Source of the DNA: Syncephalis fuscata S228
Lineage: Eukaryota; Fungi; Zoopagomycota
Direction of reading: 5' to 3'
DNA: 64,000 nt
Assembly: GCA_025786725.1 (NCBI GenBank)
Contig: JAHLTZ010000029.1
Span: forward strand, 62,001-126,000
Position numbers and translations under genes: made by a program. This document shows, piece after piece, positions 53,116 through 64,000 of this stretch. The notes beneath the pieces were generated by a model. That model was given only the letters and a program-made list of their open reading frames with translations. It made no database searches and was not told the origin of the DNA. Positions within the stretch are counted from its first letter, which is position 1, and every line of letters starts with the position of its first letter.

Positions 53116-54023
53116 TAATAAATTAATGATTTAAATACAGCATCTAAATAATTATACAATTAATATTGCAACGAACTATGGTTAAATAAATAAAATGCAA
53201 ATACTATATAATATTAATTAATAAAAAAGATACTATATAAATTATTGTAGTAAATTTGATATTTTGTTCGAATGCATAATGTTTTATGTGATACCTGTTG
53301 CGTCGACTAATATTGGAATTAAGCACTTTTACATAACTTTATAGTATATATTAATTTGTTTAGTTTCAATATTAATGCTATATTGTTTAATTAAATACCG
53401 ATAAAATGGCATTAAAAATTAACAATTTATTAAAAATAGACAAGCACAACATGTGTTTATATTGAGCGTTTATTATCTATTATTCTGAAAATATACTAAA
53501 TGTGATGCAGCAATTATACAATATGTCTTGTACATTCAGCATTAAAATTAGGCATTATCACAAGTATTTACAACCTATTACCTAACTGATAATCTTAACA
53601 ATATATGATATAGTTTTAGTACATTACATAATTCTATTCATTTGCTATAATGCCAATCTTTATTATATGGCTGAAAAAACAGAATAATTTAACTCGCCTA
53701 TGTTCAGCCTTGCATTCTGAAGCAATACAGGTTTTATTGTGCATAAATCACACCCCGTGATAGTAGTGCACATATATGCTTATCAGTATTGACATATTTG
53801 AAACCTCTTATAAACCCGTACCGAAGTCTTAGTAGAACATACATTCACTGCAATATAAACCATAGGGTATCGGTTCCTAATAGGCGAGAACCCATTTACT
53901 TCTTCTTCTTCTTCGCCGCATAACATCTTAAAATTTACGACAATTATTCAGTCGCTTTGCTATTTATTATATTATATTAATACAAATAAGATATCTTACT
54001 TATACTATAACATACCAGCAACA

Positions 54024-55037
54024 ATGCCGTTTATTGATGGTAGTTACGGCGTAAATCGTGAGCGACTGGATCGTATGGCAAGCAAATGGAATACGACTGC
54101 TGATTCCCTTGGTAATATACCATTATACGATTTTTACATGCAAGCTGCTGGTGATATTCACGAACAGCGTGATCGATTATCAGGTACTCAAATGCAAATA
54201 GTACTGTTAACTGCGGTACTGTATGTATCTATATACAACTGTATTTCTGCTATCAGGATGATTATGGCACGGCCATATACAATAGCTGCATGGTGCTGTT
54301 TATTTCCATCACTTATAGGCTGTTTAGCCCCAATATTTTTTGCGAATGCGGTGTTAGGCGGCTCAGCGACCTGCCGAGACATCATGCTGGTAATTTTGAT
54401 CGGAATGGTTCTTGTTAATCCATGCAACAGCTTGGTCTTACTCCAAAAGATATATTTGATATTGTCTCGTCCAAAATGGATTATATACGTTGGTATTCTA
54501 CTTATAACAATTCAGCTAAGCTATATAACTGCGCTGTTCTATAGTACATTTACTTTCGAAACAAAAGTCGGCTGCGTAGATTATTATCCAAAGATATTTG
54601 TATGGTGTTGGTTATCTGTTTCTATGCCTGGTAACATACTGTTTTCAGTCCTTTTTAGTCGAATTGCACTAAAGCAATACCGAATATTTGGATCGGACAT
54701 GTGGAAACGATTGGCACGCGATGGTTTGCAAATAATGTTTATGACTGTGCTGTGCAATATGATCTGCTCTTCAGTCATTGCGTTTCGGATTGGAGGAAAC
54801 AATGCCGAACTATGCTTTATTATAGACTGGTAAGAAGTGGTAGTATGTTTTGGAATATAAACTAACTGATCAATGTATAGGGTGGTTATTACTACGCTAC
54901 TAGCCAAACACTGTGAAATAATGTGCAAGACTAGTGGTGAATCAAATCGACCCAAGACCAAATATATGCGTGGTGTATCACAAATCATTACTATGACACC
55001 AATAGCAGAGAATGATGATTTAAGACATGAAATATAA
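54024..55037 (+). CDS. Orphan 7-TM GPCR-like protein, intact, 2 exons
   Basis: Exon 1 of 269 aa with WCC, TCR, LLQKIY, RPKW, GCVDYYP and QYRIFGSDMWKRLARDG. Intron after D-W, exon 2 ends TAA at 55035-55037. Confidence 0.8.
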
Positions 55038-56006
55038 GCAGTTTTGGCACATTATTAATATTATAGAAATTAAGCGCTTATCATTGATAGTGAAATATGG
55101 ATAAAGAACAATTTCATTTGCAACAAACCCATTGACTGCATCAATATGTTATAAAAAAGCAAATTATATACAAAATAAGTCTAGAGGAGTTATTACAACA
55201 GAGATTCAAAAGATTTATATCGATTTCATGGACGAGTGGTCTTTTTATGGCTTAATTCAAAAACTTTATTATCTATTGTTGATTTAACAAACCAATTACT
55301 CATTTGATAACAAAATATAGCAATATGGCTTTATAGATAATGTATTACATCAGATCTGGACTGTCATATACAACCTTATACTTAGTGCGCAATAAATCTA
55401 TATTCTACTCACACTTTATATGTATAACAACATCGGATTACCATGATGTATATTTATATTTGCATATTATATTGCTTTATGCGCGCAGCTACAAATACAT
55501 ACCAGTAATATAACTAATAAGTGATATCATATACTTGTCGTATGTATTGCTGCAATATGGTTTATAGCTAAATTATGGCGTATTGAGAAACCAGCACTAG
55601 TTTAAATTAATTTACAGTTTTAAATCATCGGTGACTGATAAGCAGGCAATTGGTAATACTGTTTCAGCATGATCTGGATATGATAAACCATGTGTCTGTA
55701 ATAGGATACAATACTAAAGTTTAAACCAACTAAATTGCTTTAATCTATCGATCATAAATAGAAATTAACACAAAAGCTACATTATACTAAATAAATCTGC
55801 ATTGTGTTATAAACAATATCAAACCATATATTATTAAGAATCAACAATATGCAAATGGTAGTTTCTATCTACACAAAGAATACTTACATAGATGAGTAGT
55901 TTTCTAAGAAATCAAAAATAACAAGCTTATATAACCTTTTACGCATATATAATGATATTTACAATTTATTAACTTAATTGTAATTTTTAGGATATATAAA
56001 AGCGGC

Positions 56007-57014
56007 CTATATTTTATATTTCAAGCTATCATTTTCTGCCGTTGGCGCTGCAGTAGTAATTTGTGATACACCAAGCATATATTTGGTCTTGGGTCGGGTT
56101 GATTCACCCTAGTTTTGCACATTATTTTACAGTGTTTGGCCAGTAGCGTAGCAATAACCACCCTATATATTGACCAATTAGTTTACGCAATATTATATAT
56201 TACCACCCTTACCAATCGACAATAAAGAATAGATCAGCATTATCTTCTCCGATTCGAGACACAACGGCCACACAGCATATAGTATTGCACAGCACAGTCA
56301 TGGACATTATTTGTAAACCATCACGGGCTAATCGCTTCCACATGTCTGAGCCAAACATCCGATATTGCTTTAGTGCAATCCGACTAAAAAGGCTGAAAAC
56401 AGTATGTTACCAGGCATAGAAACAGAAAACCAATACCATAAAAACAGCTTTGGATGATAATCTACGCAGCCGACTTTTGTTTCGATAGTAAATATGCTAT
56501 AGAAAAGCACAGTTATAAAGCTTAGTTGAGCTAGTATAAGCGGAGTACCAATGTATATAATCTATTTTGGACATGATGGTATTAAATATGTTTTTTGAAG
56601 TAAAACCAAACTGTTACATGGATTAGCAAAGCCATTCCAGTTAAAATTGTCAATGTAAGCTCTCGACAAGCCATTGAACGGCCTAGTACTGCAATTATAA
56701 CAAATATTCCAGTTAAAAAACCTACAAAAGATGGAATTAAACAGCACCATGCAGCTATTGCATAAGGTTGTGCTATAACCATTCTATGATAGTAATACAG
56801 TTGTGTGTAGATACATACAGCACTATATATAACGCACCATCTGCATTTGAATGCCTAATAATTGGTCACGTTGTTCTTGGATATTACCAGTAGCTTGCAT
56901 GTAAAAGCCGTATATTGATATAGTACCAAGTGAATTGACAGCCATATTCCATTCGTTTGAAAGATGGTTCAACCGCTTAAGATATAAACCATCGCTATTG
57001 TCAATAAATGGCAT
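56007..57014 (-). pseudogene. Orphan 7-TM GPCR-like member with in-frame TAG (56562-56564) and multiple indels
   Basis: Inverted copy of the 52142 gene, reading CCA AAA TAG ATT at the conserved Trp codon. Confidence 0.72.
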
Positions 57015-57427
57015 TGTTGCGGGTACAATATAGTATAAAAAAATGAATTATTAATAATAATATAGAAATAATAGATAGTTGAGTAGCTGAATGACTGTTA
57101 CAAGTTTTAGGAATTTATATAATTAGGAAAATAAGTGAATGGGTTCTGCCATTAAAGGATACATATGGTTATATTAGTGATGTATGTGCACTAGCACCCA
57201 ACACTGGTTTATACGAGGTCTCGAATAGGCTAATAAATGATATGCATGCATGCACTGCTGTTACGCGGTATGAGCTGTGCGCAATAATACTTATATTGCT
57301 GCTGAATGCAATGCAAAAGCATGGACGGTATAGATTATTTAGTTTTAACCATATAATAAGAATTAACACAATACGATAGCAAAAGTGGCTAAGACTTTAT
57401 AGTGTGTTAAAATCATATTATATATTG
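56060..57427 (-). repeat. Right arm of ~1.37 kb inverted duplication (partner 51725-53100)
   Basis: Reverse-complement match, with a sharp end of similarity at ~57427. Confidence 0.9.
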
Positions 57428-58171
57428 CTGGAAATCATCAGCTAAGCACCAGGCTATAGATATTGAGAACACTTAATTTTAGTGATGATCGCATAGAAGA
57501 TATTATATAAACTGCTGCATCACATTTAGTATTTTGTTCAAGTGTGTGCAGCATGGTAAATTTAGGTCACTAGTACACTAAAATCAAATATATACGAGTA
57601 CTATTGAGTTTATTTATAAATTTTAAAAATTTGTAATGATTTATAATGTCGCAGGTTTGATTAACAGCTAAATGATCTCTGGCTCTAAAAACTATACGAT
57701 ATTTCTACATTGAAAATACACGGACAGTATACGCTCAATATAAATACATGCTACTTTTGTTTATCTTTTAATAAAGCGATATTAGCGTAGAAATACTGCT
57801 TTATTGCTGTTTAGGCTAACGCTATTACAACATAATTACTGTAGCTTTTTTGCTCGTTCATCCAATCCCGCTGATGTCAGTTATAATATAGTTGTTGCTT
57901 TTAGATGGTATTTATAAAGTTACTAGCTTGCTCAATAGCTTCCTTGTAATGGTTTTTTTGTTAGAGGCGAGACTTGTCATTGTTTCTAGCGCAGAAAAGT
58001 GTATTTGATGCTCATAGTCCATTAAATACTTTGATCTGACTCAAAATATACCAGTTTATTCTAAGGGCATAAAAATGAATAATCAAGATATTTCTATTTG
58101 CTATGATTTGCGAATAAATCTAGCGATATTAGCACAATTGCTACATATTGACCAATTAACAGTCTATTATT

Positions 58172-59167
58172 CTATGGAAGTTGTTGAAAATGTTTAACTG
58201 TTTGAATTTGCGACAAATGCATAATATTTTCGGTTCGTGGGCGATGCGATAGCCTGCCAATCTTACGCATGTTACTGCAATGCCTAACCAAAATTGTTGT
58301 AGAGACAAGCCTAACATTGGTTTAGTATATTGTAACGTATTATTTAATATTTACTTACCAATCAATGTCAAAAAAAAACTCTGAAAAACTCTCGCCAATT
58401 TCAAAAAAAATGAAAATGCCACAAAATGTATTGCATGTGACTACTAGCGCCATCGTTTGAATGCCTTCCTGTGCTAGGCGTTTCCATGCCTCTGATCCAA
58501 AAAGTTTATATTGTTTATAGGCAACATAGCTGAAAATACTAGAAAATAAAAGATTGATGGGTAACACCGATCCAGACCAATACCAAGGAAAGGCAGCTGG
58601 ATAGAAAGCAACACAGCCTACATGATCAACTAAAGCAAGGCGCATTACAGTGGTGCCCATTATTGGATAGCCTGCTTGAGGCAAGATGCATATTATACCA
58701 ACAATCAAAACCCAACGTGGCCTACACAATACAAGGTAGGCTTTCTGCAAAATGATTGCGCTGCAGCAAACAAGTGACGAGCCTATTCCTAGAGTAATGT
58801 ACCAACAGAGTACTCTGCAGCTTAAACCGAATGACGATAATGTCTGAGTGCTCAGTATACCTAGAATAAGGCCTGAAATTGATGAAATTAAGCAGCACCA
58901 CGATGAAAGTTTACGAGAGCCTGCAGCGATCATTTGAACAGAAAGATACACATTTTGTGCAAAAATACAGCCAAATATTACCATAAATGCTACTTGGCTA
59001 ATAAACCCAACTAATCGCTGTCGCATTAAAGTTCTATCATCGGCAGAGTCCATTATATAGTCAACGGCTCGCATTTCTCCAAGTGGATAAAGAGGAATAC
59101 CAAGAAAATAAGTGGCATTCTTTTCCCACTCGGTCCCAAGTATTGAATTATTATGATCAACAGGCAT
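58172..59167 (-). CDS. Orphan 7-TM GPCR-like protein, intact, close paralogue of 49788-50798
   Basis: Exon 1 of 270 aa, with long stretches identical to the 49986-50798 ORF and the same intron. Confidence 0.8.
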
Positions 59168-59902
59168 GCTTATATTAAATACAAAGATAATAAAAATGTA
59201 AGTAAAAGTAGTGGACTAGACTGGACTGAACAATGGCGGTGTTAGTGCTACTCTATCTTGCATGCTTATGTATATTTACACAGGTAACATTACGGATAAT
59301 TGATATATACGATTCTAGTACACGTGATATACTAATCCTGCATAACAGAGGCCTTGACTCTTAAGATTCTTTGTTTGCAATAACAGTATAGGTAAAACAA
59401 GAATGATTGATACTTAACAATAGATAAGAATATAAAAATATTTTTAATGTTAAGCTAAATAAACAACATATTTTGTAATCTCGATGCTTAATATTTAATA
59501 TGAAACGATAGCAAATGCTACCATATAATAAAACAAATGATGTCATAATAAATAATAGATCGCGTGCAACGATAAAAGTATGCGCAGCCTAACAGGTATG
59601 CTAACCTGTGGCAGTAATTCAATAGATTACCCGAAGATTTAGACATTGGTTTTGCTCGTTATGATGAAAAGCACCATGTGTAAATTGATTACAGCTAAAC
59701 TGTCGCAAAATGGTAATATCTATAGATTGTATACACTACCGAATGCACTAGATTACTCTCAATACCGGTTTTATAAAAGAATGCACTAGACTGTAAACAA
59801 GTTGTTTTCTATGATAATTGGTGCAAATAGCACTTTCAAAATACAATTTTATTTATAGGGTAGTTTGTACTTTTTAAATCATGAGTAAAGAATATAATAA
59901 TT

Positions 59903-60890
59903 TCAAATAGAATGATATGGGTTTGCCGTAACGATTTGCGACAGGTGTAGCACATTTTCGGTTTTGGGTTGATGTGATAATGTAAACATTTTACGCATAT
60001 TATAGCAATGCCTGACTAGAATGGTAGATGTAATAAGCCTAAAAAAAGTTAGTTTATTTGTACTGTCATTTTTCATCACTTACCAATCCATCAAAAAAAA
60101 CATTTCCGAATAGGTGCCACCTAAGTTGAAGATAATAGAAGTGCCACAGAATATATTACACAATACTACCACACTCATTGTTCGAATGCCGTCACGCGTT
60201 AGGCGGCGCCATGCTTCTGAGCCAAACAAACGATATTGTTGATAAATAGTATAGCAAAAAATACTTGAGAAAAGTATGTTGATAGGCGCAACAGATCCAA
60301 ACCAATACCATGGCATAGAAAGTGGATAGATTGAGACGCAGCCGTTATAAGCTTGGACTGTAAAACGACTAAAAAGGGTGACAAAAATTGCATAGCTCAT
60401 TTGAGGTAGCATGAAGATAATACCACAATTATCACCCAACGTGGCTTACATAGTGCTACATAAGCATTTTGAAGAATAATGGCGCTGCAACACACGAGGG
60501 AGCAAGTAAGCCCCCATACAACATACCAAACTAATGTACGACAGTTTAATCCAGTTGGAGTCATTATCTGACTAGCTACTAGTCCCAAACCTACTCCTGT
60601 GCAAGAGGATATTAGGCAGCACCATGATGATAATTTACGAGCATTAGCTACAAGCATTTTAACTGAAAGAAAAAGATTATTTGCAAAGATATAAGCTAAC
60701 ACGATCATACAGGCAACCTGGCATTGGAAACCAAATAATCGTTGTCTTATTAATGCCTTATCCTCAGGAGATTCCATTATAAAATCCATTATATTAATTT
60801 CGCCAAGCGGATAAAGAGGTATTCCCAAGAACCGAGTGGCGCCTTTTATCCACTCGGTTCCAAGGATTTTATTATATGGATCGTCGGCAT
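59903..60890 (-). CDS. Orphan 7-TM GPCR-like protein with apparent indels (error or decay)
   Basis: ORFs 60397-61029 and 60080-60439 together give the family sequence (LGIPLYPLGE, SSWCCLISS, NCR, KPRW, GCVSIYP, QYRLFGSEAWRRL, MDW) plus exon 2. Confidence 0.7.
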
Positions 60891-61671
60891 TGTATAAATT
60901 GAATAAAGTTAAAATGTTAAGAATTAGACATTTGTTTTGGCAAACTAAACCATATTTTAAGTGTGCGACAAAAACTGCGTTCAGTTTTGCTGATGCATGT
61001 GTATCAAACAGGGGAACTTGCGTGAACATAGGCCTTGTAGAATTGTGTTATTAATCATATGACAAATATATATTAAGCATACTAATTAAGTGCGTTTACT
61101 GACCGCGCAAATTAAAGTCATTTACATAATGATACAATTAGATTATCTACTGTTTATTTGCTTGTAAAATGGTAATACCATTGATTATTTAAAATTAATA
61201 AAAAATCTACACTTCATGTATTGTTTGGTACAAGGTAAGGAACCAGAAAAAAAAACTGCATCGGCCATTGGCCCACTTTCACGTACATATTGGCACGGTG
61301 AAACTTGATTCGACATTGGTGCTACTTGTTCAAGTCATTGGTGGCACACGCTAACTTCTTATCTATAATCTAAAATCAAACTTTTATATGTTTATTATTT
61401 TAAATTTGTAACTACACAGACTTATTCATTAAAATGGCGATGTTTACTACCATTAGGAATCGTCTGATGTATAAAATACGACTGTAAATGCGATATCATG
61501 CACACATATAAATTACTGATTATATTTGTATTTGCTAAATAGCATTACTTAAAAATGGTTACTAGTGTGCAATTAAAGTACTTTAGCTAAGCAATAATAA
61601 AACCAGCATTATAAACATACACCATATTGTCTAGAAATTCAATTTATTAATGCGTATATAATAAGACATTT

Positions 61672-63566
61672 TTAATTTTGGAATTTAGATGGCACATCGG
61701 ACACGGCAGCAAATGCCGTGTCAAACCATTTGCGTAATTGTGCTGGTTCTTCAAGACCCACGCTTACTCGAATAAGATATGCCGATACACCATATTCGGC
61801 TGCCCATTCAAGTTCGTTGTAATGAGCCAGTAGCGTGTATGGACATGCCAAAGTAAAATTTGTACCAAGAGATGGACCCTTAGCACAGGGTAATGCATCA
61901 AAGAATGCGCGAGCTGCCTCAGGGGTGTGCAAAAGTAAAGAAAACAAGCCTCCATAGCCACCGTCGGGTCTTTTGTGCATATCATAGATATTCTTAGTTA
62001 CATATTTAGGATAGTAGACGGCTGCAACTATAAGCATATTAGAATAGTATCCAATAAATGTTAGATAGGATTTACCTTTTGGATGCATATGTAAATAATC
62101 GCATAATGATTCCGCTGTGTTATTGATTTGAGTAACTCGTTTGGCAAATGTACGAGAATTACGTTCCAAGAAAATAGCATCTTCCCACCAAAACATATCC
62201 TCGTAGCCGGGCTGTCCACTGCCATCATCTACGTTTAATGCATGGTTGATTCGGGCTCCATAAGGCAAATTAGGATTTGCAACTAAACTATAATCAGTGT
62301 TAATTAACATGACACAAATTCATTGTCTATCCATTTACCATCCGCCCATTACATTACAGTCTCCACTGAAAAACTTGGTCAAACTAGCTACAATAATATC
62401 AACTAGAGGTAGAATTTCAATATCGGAAAAGCCGCCCAATGTCGCATCTACAACAATGGCAAAACTGTACTGATTTGCCAATGCACGTAACCGATGAAGA
62501 TTAGATGAACGTAAAAGCGGATTGCTAGGAAATTCGCAAAAGACAGCAAGAATCCGCTCCTGAGCAGGATCTGCCAATTGCTTTTCCAATGCGTCGATAT
62601 CTTCTTCCAAGGCATAACCAAAAAATAGACAGCCTGGTCCAAACTTTTCCAAAATTTTAAGTGTATCTGTGTAAGGAAAACTGATTATTATTCATTAGTA
62701 GGTACATTTTAATTAATCATTACTTACCCAAAACAAACACTTTTACGCTCTGGATGTATAGCACGTAATAGACGATGCGTATTATAAATGGCACTCATAC
62801 CACATGGATACAAGTAAACGTTATCCTCTTTTAACTTATTACACTCTACCGAGCTATTACTTCTATTGTTACTATCCATATGCTTTGTAAGCTCATTAGC
62901 AATTCTTTGTTGCATCAATGATTTGGCTTCGTTGGCTTGTTTTGCACAAAGATTACGACCATATCGTTCTTCAACATAAAAGTTTGCTTCCTCCCAAATC
63001 TCCGCTTCTCCGTCTTCCATAGCATTATTCGTTGTACTACTGTTGCCCAATGATGGCTGCTCCAAAGGAATACCCGCCTCTAGTAAGCATCGTTCGGCAA
63101 ATCGCGATGAAATACCATCGCCCGTGTGTTGCCAAAAAGCTTTAGCAAATGCCCAGTCCTCTTTTAAAAGCACCGTCACATGTACAACTTGCGATCCAAA
63201 CGTGCAATTTGCAACATGAATATCGTCGCTTTGTCCAACAACTCGAGTCGGATTTGTGAGCTTGCGCTGCTCTATAATAAACTGGCGACAACGTTTAGCT
63301 ATACTTTGCGTTGGTAATAATAGACATTGCTTGTCTGGACCAGTGCCCAATTGCTCCAGACAACAGCCAGCCAATTTACGTATAGCTATGTGAATAACAA
63401 AACGCGGATAAGCGCTACGTATAGCGTTATGGATATGTGGTGCTCCCTCTTCATAGTCGACGTTATCCTGCCAAGTTGGTAACGAGACCGACACCGCGTG
63501 TGGAGTATCAGGTGGAATGCTTTCTGTAGCCCGTAATTGACGGAATGTCGGTGCCTTCGTTGTCAT
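61672..63566 (-). CDS. STR2: Cystathionine gamma-synthase, paralogue C (most canonical), 4 exons
   Basis: HAVSVSLPTWQDNVDYEEG, YPRF, FWQHTGDGISSRFAE, YVEERYGRNL, YPCGMSAI, FPYTDTLKIL, SLTKFFSG..NVMGG, KGPSLGTNFTLACPYTLLAHY, IRVSVGLE. Confidence 0.9.
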
Positions 63567-64000
63567 ACTGACGTTCAAATAAGCTATAAACTGTACGATA
63601 ACGTATAGTAGTAGGTAGTGTAGTTTACGAATAGGAAGTAGAAACAGTGTTGGCAGGCCGACAACGGAATACTTGTAGCTTTTCTTCATCTATCTCGTTG
63701 TCTCCGATCATCTCGCATCTTCCCTCCTCTTCTTGACATCTCACCGGTTTAGTTGTTTGCCACGCCTCTCATTGGTGTGTTCCATCATTACTCGAACTTA
63801 TCCTAAAAATGGCGTGATTGGCGGTCACAAGCTTGTACATCTATTTTATTTGTATATTAACATTGATTAATAGAACTGGGCATCAATTAATTTCAGCTAT
63901 AACATTACTAATGACACATTAGTAAACTATCCAATGCAATAGCCATTTGTATATTATACTAAATCTTATAACTAAACTAATAGTAAGAACATATTTAATA

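Noticed and set aside
1-64000. tRNA, rRNA or autonomous transposon genes
   Set aside because: No cloverleaf, rRNA signature, transposase, reverse transcriptase or Rep/helicase motif was recognised by eye. A computational scan could still find small RNAs.

Overview
Eukaryotic, AT-rich, intron-dense fungal DNA with many ~40-80 nt GT-AG introns. Gene content suggests an early-diverging fungus, plausibly a Zoopagomycota mycoparasite such as Syncephalis (inference only). The core block holds DNA polymerase eta, a FAAP100-like gene, PRP24/SART3, DHH1, PEX2, SWP1, ATG9, LTO1, COX19, an FMN-dependent hydroxyacid oxidase, LTA4H/LAP2, MOCS2B and YOS9/OS-9. Three accessory features are mixed in. (i) Seven copies of an orphan 7-TM GPCR-like family, with inverted and direct duplications, mosaic sequence and a shared Trp-to-stop codon. 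(ii) Three cystathionine gamma-synthase (STR2-like) paralogues, two of them an inverted pair sharing near-identical tracts, one with altered conserved motifs. (iii) An AT-rich island (~22.7-33.9 kb) with a dispersed repeat, a structured non-coding segment, a truncated FHA-kinase, an intronless M36 fungalysin and a convergent secreted 13-aa repeat protein resembling a Kex2/Ste13-processed peptide precursor. A candidate U12-type intron lies in the FAAP100-like gene. Single-base frameshifts occur even in conserved housekeeping genes, so the consensus probably has indel errors and frameshift-only pseudogene calls are unreliable. All exon boundaries and alignments were read by eye.
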